Positions 7,917 to 17,460 of a stretch of DNA of 64,000 bases are shown here, piece after piece. The notes under the pieces were generated by a model. It had not been told where the DNA came from. It made no database searches and worked only from the letters and a program-made list of their open reading frames with translations. The stretch is from Bdellovibrionales bacterium (GTDB taxonomy: Bacteria; Bdellovibrionota; Bdellovibrionia; Bdellovibrionales; Bdellovibrionaceae), in contig JBKDHV010000027.1 of assembly GCA_046336915.1 (NCBI GenBank), positions 733 to 64,732 on the forward strand. The letters are read 5' to 3'. The number at the start of each line of letters is the position of its first letter. Position 1 is the stretch's first letter. The translations under genes were made by a program, and so were the position numbers.

Positions 7917-9197
7917 TTAAAGTGCGAGCGTCAAAGGAACAAGTTCCACCCGAAAGTGAGCGCCCTCTTGGTAGCGATACTGGATCTGACCCGAAAGATG
8001 CAAAGAGTTGTCTCGTGGATTGTACTTCCAGCCCTTTTCCCCTGGTGGGATCACTTGACCTTCGCCTCGCGCCAGAGCTTCAGGACTGCCGTACCGCACT
8101 CGTATCATCAGCTGATGGGTCTTGGAATCGATTCGGGGGCGCTGGCTTAAGAAGATTGTCTTCTCAAGAGTCTTAATCGTAATCTGATTCCCGATGCGAG
8201 CGAGATCCAGACCGAAGTTAGGGCTCGTAATTCCCATCAGAAATTTCTCGCGCAGGCGCGCTTGATTTTTTTCGCTTTGGGAATTGGCCTTCAGGACAAA
8301 CTCTTCTAGACGTTCAGGACCAAAGGGCTGACATCGCCCGCTGTTAACGGGGCGGCCTCGTGAGTCTCTGTCGAAGCACCAAGGTTTGTACTTGGGGTGA
8401 ATTCTTAAGTTCCAGTCCTTGGCGCTATCAGGGTCTTCAGCTCGAACCAGAACTCCGTAAACCGAGATCTTGTCGACCTGGCCCTTCTTAAAATCAATCA
8501 GTCGTTGAACAGCCTGTTCCGCCGAAACGGAGTTGGACGCATCATCTGCATCCGTCATCAAGATCACAACAAGCTGCGCACCCTCGCGAAAGAAACCATC
8601 ATTCGCAGCCCCAGGCCCCGTTTTTTCAAGCGCCGCAAGTAAGGGCGACAAGAACTCCTCATTTTCGGGTCCGCCTTGCTCAAAAGGGGTGACTCCAATG
8701 TGCAAGGAAGAGGCGAGAGTTTCGGGGGTTGCCATTTTGCGATCCAAAAAGCGTCGTGAGGAAATGTGGCCTTGAGAATCTCGAACGTGACGAAGCTCGC
8801 CGATTTCATAAGAGTCTTTTTTCGTGTTGCGAGCCCTCTCACTATTGTCCCAAGTCGAAATCACTCCAATGTGGTAATCAATCATCGGATTGCGAGTGAA
8901 GCCGGCCGTAAATTTGTCCAGATTCTTTCGAAGGTTCTCTTGAGCCGAACGCATACTGTCGGAATTGTCGATCACAAATAAAAGATCAATCTGGGGATTG
9001 AAGTCGAGCTGACTTTGTCCACCATCCTCATGAACCCACGTAACGGGTTTTTCGGGGATGTCCTCGTACTTCGGAATCTCGACCTTCTTTTCGGGTACAA
9101 CAGGATTCGTTTGAAGGGTTTGAGACTTCGGACTGCAAGCCGCCAAAAGCCCCATTCCGGCGAATAGGAATGCTGAAAGAGACGATGAATTCTTCAC
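7917..9197 (-). CDS. von Willebrand factor A (VWA) domain lipoprotein, last gene of the gliding-type operon
   Basis: 426 aa. Lipobox LLAAC near the N-terminus. LLFVIDNSDSMRS carries a DxSxS MIDAS motif, followed by VILMTDADD. 4-nt overlap with the upstream gene. Confidence 0.75.
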   Translation of the reverse strand: MKNSSSLSAFLFAGMGLLAACSPKSQTLQTNPVVPEKKVEIPKYEDIPEKPVTWVHEDGGQSQLDFNPQIDLLFVIDNSDSMRSAQENLRKNLDKFTAGFTRNPMIDYHIGVISTWDNSERARNTKKDSYEIGELRHVRDSQGHISSRRFLDRKMATPETLASSLHIGVTPFEQGGPENEEFLSPLLAALEKTGPGAANDGFFREGAQLVVILMTDADDASNSVSAEQAVQRLIDFKKGQVDKISVYGVLVRAEDPDSAKDWNLRIHPKYKPWCFDRDSRGRPVNSGRCQPFGPERLEEFVLKANSQSEKNQARLREKFLMGITSPNFGLDLARIGNQITIKTLEKTIFLSQRPRIDSKTHQLMIRVRYGSPEALARGEGQVIPPGEKGWKYNPRDNSLHLSGQIQYRYQEGAHFRVELVPLTLAL

Positions 9198-10255
9198 ATC
9201 TTCCTCCTGATTCCGGGAGCACAGGATTTGGCCGAGACTTCGTACTTATCGACCTCGTCAATCCAAGGGTACCCGTCATCCATGAAGATCAATTGGTCCT
9301 CATTCACTTTTTTAAAATCACGGGAGCGATACATTTGATCCGCTAACTGAGTGTCGGTGTGGATCCTTTGAAGGGTTTCGACCTCAATCAAGTTAAGCTT
9401 CTTCACGATGTGAGAGTTCTCTTGATTTTCTCGAACGGCCAGAAGCTTCAAGCGCTCCTGCAGCTGAGCTCGAGCTTGCTCAAGACGCTTTTTGAGCGCG
9501 GGGCGAAGCGAGTGTTCTGCGGGAAGAACTTCAAGCGCCGAATCCGAGACCTTGTAACTCAACAGCCATTTCTGAAATGGCTGATCCCGGTAGAACTGCA
9601 GGGGAAGTTTCCCGAGTTCGTCCCCGAAATCGGTTAACGCCAGAGGAAACTCTTGCGTCTTCTTCAAGACGGTCTCCAGAGCCTGATTGCGACCGGTTTG
9701 ACCAAGACTCTGCATCTCTTGGATACGTCCACGTTGGGCGTCTTTAAATTTTCTATGGGTCTTCAGAACGCCCTCGTAATCACAAATCTTCAACTGCGTG
9801 AGTGACTGCAGAAAGTAGGCTTCCGAATTCACGATCACATCAAAGGGAGGACTCAAAAGAGTCTTTGTCTGAGCCAGGGTTTTTTCAAACTCGTCTTGTC
9901 GAAAATAGGACCAGCCCTTTTCCTCGACAGACTCCAGCCACACTTCAGAAGCCTTTGAAATTTTGGAGTAGAGTGTCTCGGCTTGTTTCAGGTTTCCCGA
10001 AGCAAAAGCTTGCCGGGCTAGTTTTAAGGTCTTTTTGGTCTCGCACTCAAGACACGAAGGAAGGGCCTGCGACTCGAGGGCCGAAAAGTTCAGAAGCTTC
10101 TGAATCTGAGCCGTTTGATTTTTTTGAACGGCTTCCGAGAAAGTCGACTTCCAGTCCACCACAGAAAAGCGGGACTTAGCCTGAGCGGGCAGGCTCAAGG
10201 CTGAAATCCATAAAAGGCTTATGGAGAAAATCCCGCGAATCATCATAGAATCCAA
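9194..10255 (-). CDS. secreted helical-repeat (TPR-like) protein, unknown function
   Basis: 353 aa. Signal peptide ending LPAQAK. Helical repeat-like stretches such as ARQAFASGNLKQAETLYSKI. Overlaps both neighbouring genes, which suggests translational coupling. Confidence 0.55.
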   Translation of the reverse strand: MDSMMIRGIFSISLLWISALSLPAQAKSRFSVVDWKSTFSEAVQKNQTAQIQKLLNFSALESQALPSCLECETKKTLKLARQAFASGNLKQAETLYSKISKASEVWLESVEEKGWSYFRQDEFEKTLAQTKTLLSPPFDVIVNSEAYFLQSLTQLKICDYEGVLKTHRKFKDAQRGRIQEMQSLGQTGRNQALETVLKKTQEFPLALTDFGDELGKLPLQFYRDQPFQKWLLSYKVSDSALEVLPAEHSLRPALKKRLEQARAQLQERLKLLAVRENQENSHIVKKLNLIEVETLQRIHTDTQLADQMYRSRDFKKVNEDQLIFMDDGYPWIDEVDKYEVSAKSCAPGIRRKM

Positions 10256-10989
10256 CCCAATCCAACTGTGGCCGAGCCAATATTCAGCTCGCGTCGACCG
10301 GTGATGGGCCGATCTTCATAGTTCTGGTACTTCACCTCAGCCCGAAGGGACAGATGCTGGGACAACCAGGCCCCGACTCCAAGACCCGCTTGGTAAAGAG
10401 GTGCCGAGCCACTGGACAAACGAATCGATCCCACACCGGCAATCAGGTAAAGATCAAACTGAGTGACGCCCATATCAAGAAAGCTTGTCTTTCCATAAAT
10501 GGGATACCAATTCAAAAGAGCGACGGTCGAATCCAAAGGGTAGTCGACGTCCACGCCAAACGCGGGAGTCCCACCCGCTTGTTTCGTTCGACGATACAGA
10601 TCAAAAACTCGTTTTCCTTCTGGAGTCAGTTCATTTGTAAAATCGCTGAACTGAATTCCCAGTGACCAACGAGGTGTCAGGTGGTAGTGGGCCGCAAATC
10701 CCGTGCTCTGCGTACGTAGATACGAGTCGCCCCCTACGATTCCGCCGTAGGACACGCCAAACTCCAGTCGGTTTCGTCGATCTACGATGCGCTCTTGCAC
10801 GATTCGCGTTCGAACTTGAGAGCGCAAGTTCTTCGCCTTGCGCATGAGCTCTTCATTCCCACCCAGAGTGTCGACATCCTCAGCGACCTGAACAGGAGGA
10901 GCGCGTCGCGCTTTCGCCGTGTTGGCCTGAACCGTTAGGCTCGCGCCCAACAAACTTCCCAGAATGATCAGTTGAAGAGATAAGTTCAT
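10243..10989 (-). CDS. outer-membrane beta-barrel protein (OMP_myx_plus-like, GltA/GltB-like)
   Basis: 248 aa. Signal peptide ending TVQAN. Alternating-polarity strands (LEFGVSYGGIVGGDSY, FAAHYHLTPRWSLGIQFSDF, LSLRAEVKYQNY). Ends in an aromatic-rich terminal strand, ATVGLGWIL. Confidence 0.65.
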   Translation of the reverse strand: MNLSLQLIILGSLLGASLTVQANTAKARRAPPVQVAEDVDTLGGNEELMRKAKNLRSQVRTRIVQERIVDRRNRLEFGVSYGGIVGGDSYLRTQSTGFAAHYHLTPRWSLGIQFSDFTNELTPEGKRVFDLYRRTKQAGGTPAFGVDVDYPLDSTVALLNWYPIYGKTSFLDMGVTQFDLYLIAGVGSIRLSSGSAPLYQAGLGVGAWLSQHLSLRAEVKYQNYEDRPITGRRELNIGSATVGLGWIL

Positions 10990-12017
10990 GGGACCTTCCT
11001 TTGTTCAGCCTGTGATTTGGAATCCGCTGGGGAGTAGCGAATCTTCATCTGCACAAGGGTTTCAGGTGTCGCGAGGCCAAGATGATTGAACACTTTGAAA
11101 CTTAAGCGGACCCGCGTGCCGTCCGCACCGCTTGTCATGCGGCCATCGCGACCCAGTTGAGGTTGGACCGAAATGTTCTTTGCATCAAAGACCACGGAGA
11201 ATCGCCATTGAAAGTCTCCAAGATACTCGGGTTCTCGCCTCTGCAAATCCGGAACGATATGGCGCGATCCATCCATTTCCCTAAAGGCTTGCCCCGCATT
11301 GATGGCTAAACCATCGTAACTCACCACGAGGACCGGCTTCTGAGCTGACTTCGACTCGAGTCCGGGAACTTTGACTGTCACTGAGAAGCGAACGGGATCT
11401 TGACCTTCGGTCACTTCCTGAGGAAGACCAACAACCTTAAGATCACGGGGCGGCTCTTGGCTGCGGAACAAGAAGAGTGAAAAGGTCTTTTCTTGAACTA
11501 GATTTTTAAGAGTCTCGAGAAGCTCGGGTTTGGGAGCTGAAACGGGCTCGGCCACGATCTTCAAAGTGAAAGTGCGCATCTGAGCTTGAGGCGGGATCAA
11601 AGAATAGCCTGGAGTCCAGTTCAAGGCATAAAGACCGGCTTCGCGATCCGAAGGCGAAAGGGTCGCGCCTTCCGGAAGTCCTTCGGCTTTCAAGCGGATC
11701 TGCACGCCGGGCACAAGAACGCGCGCTCGGAAAGAATACTGACTGGCTTGGCCCTCATTGAAGATCAGCTGAGGATCGGCAGTCATAACAAAAAAGTTTT
11801 CATCAATTTTTGACTCTTCGCGAACGACCAACTTTGGCTTTTCTACGACGACAGTTTCAGGAACGATGATAGGAGCTTTGGCCTCCATCGTTTTTGCCAC
11901 CTTACCTTCTTCGCGGATGGTCTTGAGATCCGAGCCAACAGGATTGTCTTTGCCAGAACCACATCCTGCGATCATTCCCGAGACAATCAGAAGAACGCTC
12001 CATTTTTTCATAACCAC
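10986..12017 (-). CDS. lipoprotein with putative Ig-like domains
   Basis: 343 aa. Lipobox MIAGCGSG. FRARVLVPGVQIRLKAEGLPEGATLSPSDREAGLYALNWTPG resembles bacterial putative-Ig (He_PIG-like) domains. Confidence 0.55.
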   Translation of the reverse strand: MVMKKWSVLLIVSGMIAGCGSGKDNPVGSDLKTIREEGKVAKTMEAKAPIIVPETVVVEKPKLVVREESKIDENFFVMTADPQLIFNEGQASQYSFRARVLVPGVQIRLKAEGLPEGATLSPSDREAGLYALNWTPGYSLIPPQAQMRTFTLKIVAEPVSAPKPELLETLKNLVQEKTFSLFLFRSQEPPRDLKVVGLPQEVTEGQDPVRFSVTVKVPGLESKSAQKPVLVVSYDGLAINAGQAFREMDGSRHIVPDLQRREPEYLGDFQWRFSVVFDAKNISVQPQLGRDGRMTSGADGTRVRLSFKVFNHLGLATPETLVQMKIRYSPADSKSQAEQRKVP

Positions 12018-12023
12018 TCCTTT

Positions 12024-13280
12024 TTAACGTCGACTGACTCGCATCAGCTCAAAAGGGTAAAGAACGTCGACGTGAACCCGTCCCACGGGCTGGGGAAATT
12101 GCCAGCTCTTCATTCGCGAGACGATACAGTTTTCAACAGTACGTGACCCAACAGAAGACTGCGCGACATTCGCCTTGGTCACTCGACCCGAGGGCCCGAT
12201 GACAAAGCTAACGGAAACGCGTCCACCAATATCGGGTTGGGCTTGCAAGCCCTTTTCATAGCAGTAAACAATCTGGCCGCGGTGGCGGTTGATCACGGCG
12301 ATAATCTGATCGCGATCAAGTCCGCTTTCCATTGTGGCTTCATCATCCAAGGGAAGACCAACAGCCGTTGTGCCACCCACGATGGCCCATTTTCCGTAGC
12401 CTGTCTGACCACCACCGGAACCGCGGGTTCCGTAGCCGCCAGCTCCCTGAGCTCGCGCGCCCACTCCAGGTGAGCCTGCAACAAGGCCCGAACCCGGAAC
12501 ATAACCACTCAAGCCTCCACGGCCCGAGCGTCCCACTCCGCCGCCCGAAGTTCCACGTCCGGCGGCTTGAATATTTTGAAGTGATTTTGCGTCCATTCCG
12601 ATGGCGCCGCGCTTTCCGCTTGGAACTCCACCCAGCGCGGCCAGCGCGCCCACTTGGTTCAGATCAACTGTTTGGGGGCGAGGTCGCTTCACAGGGGGCA
12701 CGGGCTTCGTTGCGACACGCTTTCGCTGGGTTCCGCGTTTTGTAACCTGCATCGGGCGCGCCTTTTGAACTTGAGGCTTTATTTTCTTTTCCGCAACCGC
12801 CACAACGGATGGCTTCGTTTTTTCGACAGGAGCCTTCGGAAGAACAATCGTCACGAGGGTCGGTTCTTCTTTGGGCTTTGAGAAGAAAGTCGAAGAGATC
12901 CAGCTGAAAAGGATCAAGAGAGCGATCGCAACACCATGTCCGACGGCTGACTTCTTTAAGTAGATCTGAAGGTTTTTTTGATCCTCTTCTGCAGGCAGTT
13001 GCACTTGAGGGCTGAGCACGTCATCGTTTTGAGCCTCTCGCAAAGTCCCTAAGCCCTGCAGGGCGCGTCCTTGTGCGGGGATTTGGTTCAGGTTGACCTG
13101 CTCAATTAGCTGAAACGGGATTTTTGCTTCTTGCAAAGACTCAAGATTCTCAACCGCTTCGACACGTCGAGAATCCAGGTTGTAAACAATCGAAAGCTGA
13201 TTCTTAGCGCAAGCTAAAGTGCGAACCTTCTGGCCCATTCGATTTTCAAGGATGAAAAGTTTTTTCGCACTCATAGTCAT
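12024..13280 (-). CDS. TonB-C-like protein (AgmX/PglI-like; GltG/GltJ-like)
   Basis: 418 aa. One central TM (VAIALLILFSWISSTFF). Pro/Lys-rich linker, Gly-rich low-complexity stretch, and a C-terminal TonB_C-like fold (VYCYEKGLQAQPDIGGRVSVSFVIGPSGRVTKANV...VENCIVSRMKSWQFPQP). Confidence 0.65.
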   Translation of the reverse strand: MTMSAKKLFILENRMGQKVRTLACAKNQLSIVYNLDSRRVEAVENLESLQEAKIPFQLIEQVNLNQIPAQGRALQGLGTLREAQNDDVLSPQVQLPAEEDQKNLQIYLKKSAVGHGVAIALLILFSWISSTFFSKPKEEPTLVTIVLPKAPVEKTKPSVVAVAEKKIKPQVQKARPMQVTKRGTQRKRVATKPVPPVKRPRPQTVDLNQVGALAALGGVPSGKRGAIGMDAKSLQNIQAAGRGTSGGGVGRSGRGGLSGYVPGSGLVAGSPGVGARAQGAGGYGTRGSGGGQTGYGKWAIVGGTTAVGLPLDDEATMESGLDRDQIIAVINRHRGQIVYCYEKGLQAQPDIGGRVSVSFVIGPSGRVTKANVAQSSVGSRTVENCIVSRMKSWQFPQPVGRVHVDVLYPFELMRVSRR

Positions 13281-13284
13281 GTCC

Positions 13285-13557
13285 CTAGTTTCTTTGCTCT
13301 TCTTTTTGAATTCGATCCGCGAAGCTCTTTCGTCCGCCCAACAAATCCTCTAAGTACTTGTCATCTTCTACGGTCGCCTGGGTCCCCAAAGCGGATTGAT
13401 ACTTTCCGCGCAGAGTGGTTCCATCAAACTTAAACGAGGTCCCCAATTGAGATCGAGAAGAAGAAGGGCGCTTGGGCTTCGAGGCCCCCTTTTTTTCCTT
13501 CGCCTCCACAAGGGAAAGTGACAGCAATAAAGACGCCAGTAGACTTGATATCTTCAT
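13285..13557 (-). CDS. small secreted protein (GltF-like by position and size only)
   Basis: 90 aa. Signal peptide MKISSLLASLLLSLSLVEA. 4-nt overlap with the upstream TPR gene. Confidence 0.5.
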   Translation of the reverse strand: MKISSLLASLLLSLSLVEAKEKKGASKPKRPSSSRSQLGTSFKFDGTTLRGKYQSALGTQATVEDDKYLEDLLGGRKSFADRIQKEEQRN

Positions 13558-16502
13558 AACCTTTTTCCTCTCCGGAGATGGCCTATACGAGCCTCGAGAT
13601 AGGCTGGCATCAGGGGGTGACCAATTTTGTGTTCAACATTTTTCAAATTTTCAATTTCTCGAAGGTCATGAGGATTCTTCGAAACTGAAAGCCGAGCCTC
13701 TTGGAGATCGCCGCGTGTGTAAGAACTCATCGAAAGCGCACGATCCAAGTGAGACTTCAACCGTCCCTCGCCAGGAACGTCTTCCAGCACAGCGAGTCGG
13801 GGTCGCAGCAAATTCTGAACTTCAGGACGAGCCGCCGTATAGTCTTGCAGAAGCTGGTCCAGGGCGGCTGACTTCATCCAAATTTTTCGGATCTGCGAAT
13901 CCGCAAGCTGGGATTTCGCCCACAGGGGACGCAGGCGTTGATCAAGGGCCCGTTCATACGAGCGAAGTTGTAAAGCCGTAAGGCCACGAGGAACGGGGAT
14001 GGCCTTCAGATCCTCGGCCAGCTTCGCATTCTCTACTCGAATCAGATCAAGGACTTGAACTTGAGCGCTGATGTCCCGCGCCTGCAGACTCTCGGCGAGC
14101 AAGCTGTCAAGTTTCGAAAGACCCTTCAGTCGTTGTTGAGTCTGGCGAGCGAGCAATTTTCCTTTGTCTGGAGTCCACGCCCGGACAGCGAGAGCTCGTT
14201 TTTGAGCGTTGATTTTGGTATGAAGGGCTTCTCCCAGAATCAAACGGGCCGCTAAGCTTGAGCGCGCGTCCTTCGTCTGCAGCCAGAGCTCAAGAGACTT
14301 TCGTGACATGGACTTGACGTAAACGTCCAGAAGAACTTCATGGAAAAGCTCAGGTCGCCGACGCAATTCGGGAGCCTGGCGATGAAGCTCCGCGACCGGA
14401 GATGAGGACAGCGACACCAGTCGTGCGCGCACAACAAACGAGCGAGGGCCCTTCAGTCCGGCTTGTAGCGCCTTTCGATAGTGCTTTTCGGGCTTAAAGT
14501 GGGCCATATCCGCAAGCGTTCCTAAGCGGAACTCGCGCTCGGCCAAGGAAACTTGAGGCTCGATCCGACGGAGAGCCCACTGATAGGCCTCGGCAAAACG
14601 CAACCGAGTTTCATAGTAAGTAACCAATTCCAAATAGATTCTTTGGCGGTCGTTTTCCGAGAGGGCTTTAAGGGCCAAGAGCTGAGTCAGCGACTTCAGA
14701 TAGGCCTCTTCATCCTTTAAGCGCTGAGCGATCACACTGGCGTTCGTGTAGACAAGAACTTTTTCTTGATGAGAAGCCGACTTCAAGTTCGCACGATCTA
14801 AACGCTCCAAAAGATTTTCAAGAGTTGAATTCGAGACCTTTGGTTGCAAAGCCGCTTGAGCGGCTTGATTGATGAGGGCCTTGCGAGCCAGTCCTTCGAA
14901 CTCAACAGCGGATTTCGGAAAGACCGTGGCGAGGTCCCAAGCCCAGTTTTCCAGCCGCTGATCGTCTTTCAGCTGCGCCAAACTATCCAGCGCCAGATCC
15001 GCCGACTTTTTTCGAAGAGTCATCGAACCTTGGGACTCCTTGGCAAGTTGGAAAAAGGCCTCCGAGGCTTCTCGAAGTTTTTTGTCCTGATAATCAAGAT
15101 AGGCCAGTTGATAGCGGACCTCGAAAGTCTTTTGCGGATCCTTTGAGTGATCAAGGAAGTGCGTGTAAACTTCACGCTTCAGCTTGGGATCCTGAGACGC
15201 TTCGGCAGCACTGACTTGATTGAGCAAAGCAGCCTCTCGATCTTTTCGGTCAAAATCTCGAGTGTCGCTGATTTGTCGGTAGAAATGGATCGCGCTGGCA
15301 TAGAGCCCGAGGTCCAACGCCACTTGGGCCCCACGCTGGAGCATCTCCCGATCCTGCGGGTAGATATCAGCGTAGATCTGATAGCTCCGTAGCAGAGTCG
15401 AATCCGGCTTCAACTTTTTTGTTCGGTGAAGTTCTGTAACATAACGCTTTGTCAAAGTTTGCAGCTGTCGACAGCTTTCTTCACTTCGGCAGCTCTGAGA
15501 TTTGAGAACCTTCGCGGCTTGAGCAAAATCTTGGGTCGAGGCTTCCGTCTGACCTTGATCATAAAGCACCTGAGCTTTCATCAAATGAGCCTTCAAGCGA
15601 TCTTCGGAAGTCAAATCTCGGTCCTGCAAGTAGCGATCGAGAACGATCTGGGCCGCTTTCTTTTGTCCAATACGATCAAGTTCCTCTGCAAAGTGAAAAA
15701 GAAGATCTTTTCGGTGACCCGCTGGAATAAGCTTTTCAAACTGTTCAATCTGCGCAAGTTGAACGTTCACCTTTCCTAAAAAAGTCGCAAGATCGCGTAA
15801 GATATCAAGTTGGAAGGCCACATCTTGAACGGGTCCCTTTTCAGTTTCTCGAACCAAAAGATCGGGTCGAGATAAAAGCTGAGTCAAAGTCTGAATGGCA
15901 CTTGACGTGCGATCTAGATTGAACTCGCACCAACCCTTATTGTAAAGAACGAGAGCTCGAGCCTCGAGCTGAGAGTCTTCAAGGGCTTTCTGGTAATGAA
16001 AAAGGGCTTGGTTGAACTTCGCTTGCTGGAACAAAAGATCGGCAACACCCACATGACTGCGCGTGCGAAGTTCGCGACTGGACTTCTTTAATGCTAAGAC
16101 ATTTTCGAAAAGTTTTTGGCTTTTATCGGATTGCCCCGCCATTTGGTAAAGATGGGCCAGCTGAAAGAGAATTCGTGCATTCGAGCGTGAGCTCTTGAGC
16201 AAGGATTCGTAAAGACCGATCGCGCGATCGCGATCGACTTGAGAGCCCTGGCAACCCTGACAGGATTTTTCAATTTCAAGAAGGAAGCGACGACGAGCCC
16301 GTTCCGCAAGCAAATCCGCCAAACGCTGTTGGCTGGCCGCATAGGACGGGTCCTGAGGTTCCAGCATCGAAATGACTCGTTCCATCTTTTTGATGACAAG
16401 ATCTTGCGTTTCAGAATCCATAACGGATTCCGTCGCCGCCTTCGCGGTTGCGAAAGCTCCCAGAAAGATCATCAAAAAAAGCGAGCTAAGTTGTGTTCTC
16501 AT
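13554..16502 (-). CDS. large secreted TPR-repeat protein (GltD/AgmU-like)
   Basis: 982 aa. Signal peptide ending TAKAA. TPR-like helical repeats throughout (for example ILFQLAHLYQMAGQSDKSQKLFENVLAL and ALFHYQKALEDS). Translationally coupled on both sides. Confidence 0.65.
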   Translation of the reverse strand: MRTQLSSLFLMIFLGAFATAKAATESVMDSETQDLVIKKMERVISMLEPQDPSYAASQQRLADLLAERARRRFLLEIEKSCQGCQGSQVDRDRAIGLYESLLKSSRSNARILFQLAHLYQMAGQSDKSQKLFENVLALKKSSRELRTRSHVGVADLLFQQAKFNQALFHYQKALEDSQLEARALVLYNKGWCEFNLDRTSSAIQTLTQLLSRPDLLVRETEKGPVQDVAFQLDILRDLATFLGKVNVQLAQIEQFEKLIPAGHRKDLLFHFAEELDRIGQKKAAQIVLDRYLQDRDLTSEDRLKAHLMKAQVLYDQGQTEASTQDFAQAAKVLKSQSCRSEESCRQLQTLTKRYVTELHRTKKLKPDSTLLRSYQIYADIYPQDREMLQRGAQVALDLGLYASAIHFYRQISDTRDFDRKDREAALLNQVSAAEASQDPKLKREVYTHFLDHSKDPQKTFEVRYQLAYLDYQDKKLREASEAFFQLAKESQGSMTLRKKSADLALDSLAQLKDDQRLENWAWDLATVFPKSAVEFEGLARKALINQAAQAALQPKVSNSTLENLLERLDRANLKSASHQEKVLVYTNASVIAQRLKDEEAYLKSLTQLLALKALSENDRQRIYLELVTYYETRLRFAEAYQWALRRIEPQVSLAEREFRLGTLADMAHFKPEKHYRKALQAGLKGPRSFVVRARLVSLSSSPVAELHRQAPELRRRPELFHEVLLDVYVKSMSRKSLELWLQTKDARSSLAARLILGEALHTKINAQKRALAVRAWTPDKGKLLARQTQQRLKGLSKLDSLLAESLQARDISAQVQVLDLIRVENAKLAEDLKAIPVPRGLTALQLRSYERALDQRLRPLWAKSQLADSQIRKIWMKSAALDQLLQDYTAARPEVQNLLRPRLAVLEDVPGEGRLKSHLDRALSMSSYTRGDLQEARLSVSKNPHDLREIENLKNVEHKIGHPLMPAYLEARIGHLRRGKRL

Positions 16503-16984
16503 TGTTTTGGTAACACCGCAAATCTTAGTTTTTCAATTCCCGCCAGCGAACCTGCTTTTACAAGCGGATCGATTTCTGAGTAATTGAGTTCTTGATCGGC
16601 CTGAACCATGAGTTCAACAGCCGCTGATTTTTTCTGAGCCTTCAATTCTTCAAGCTTTTTCTGGAGCTGTCCGGGGGGAATCAGTTGGTCATTCAGATGC
16701 ATACGACCCTTCTCGATTTTCAGAACGGCCATGTCTTCAGAAACCGGCACACTGTTTCGGGCCACGGGCAGGTGAAGGCCTTGAACCGGACTTTCCAGAC
16801 CGCCGCCCTGAGTCCCGATCAACAGATAAATCACAATGATCGAAAAGGCGTCGATCAGCGACGTCAACGGCAAGGCTTGAGCCAGCTCACGCGCTCCAAC
16901 TTTTTTTCCTGATCGCCCGAGAAGACTTTGAGTTTCCGACAGAGGCGAGCGTCGTGGTGAGAGATTCTTTAAAGACTTCATCAT
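16499..16984 (-). CDS. ExbD/TolR-family proton-channel subunit (AglQ/AglS-like)
   Basis: TM segment LTSLIDAFSIIVIYLL with the conserved membrane Asp. I chose the ATG at 16984, 2 nt after the upstream stop. The longer ORF-track start at 17020 would overlap the upstream gene by 35 nt. Confidence 0.8.
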   Translation of the reverse strand: MMKSLKNLSPRRSPLSETQSLLGRSGKKVGARELAQALPLTSLIDAFSIIVIYLLIGTQGGGLESPVQGLHLPVARNSVPVSEDMAVLKIEKGRMHLNDQLIPPGQLQKKLEELKAQKKSAAVELMVQADQELNYSEIDPLVKAGSLAGIEKLRFAVLPKQ

Positions 16985-16985
16985 A

Positions 16986-17447
16986 CTATGACCCCAGGGG
17001 TGAGAGCCCCACGCCTTCAAAGTTTAATTTTTTTAAGTGGTCCATGACGCGAATCACGTCCCGGTAAGGTGTCTGAGAGCTCGGTTGAACAATTCCTGTC
17101 TTCAACAGGGGCCATTGTTTTCGATACTGCTCAAGACGAGCTTCCAGATTTGTCCAAGGAATTCCGCTGCGGCCCGCGAGAGTTGTTTCCATGACCTGGG
17201 GGGAACGGGGAAGATCTCGCAGGGAAAGTGTGACATCACCTTGGGCCTCGAAACGAATCCAAACCGTCGGGGGATTTTTCCCTTGGGAAATTGTCGAATC
17301 CCCAACGGCCTGTCGCGTATCCAGAGTTCCAACTTGAACCCAAACCGCTGTCAGAAGAAGAAAGCAAATCAAGACCGAAAGAATGTCCAACGTGGGCAGG
17401 ATGTTCACTTCAAAGTTCAGTTCTTTTCGGCTCATGGCTGACCTCAC
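16986..17447 (-). CDS. ExbD/TolR-family proton-channel subunit (AglQ/AglS-like)
   Basis: 153 aa. NILPTLDILSVLICFLLL TM segment with the conserved Asp, and an ExbD-like periplasmic domain. Confidence 0.8.
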   Translation of the reverse strand: MRSAMSRKELNFEVNILPTLDILSVLICFLLLTAVWVQVGTLDTRQAVGDSTISQGKNPPTVWIRFEAQGDVTLSLRDLPRSPQVMETTLAGRSGIPWTNLEARLEQYRKQWPLLKTGIVQPSSQTPYRDVIRVMDHLKKLNFEGVGLSPLGS

Positions 17448-17460
17448 CTTTCCAGTTCAA

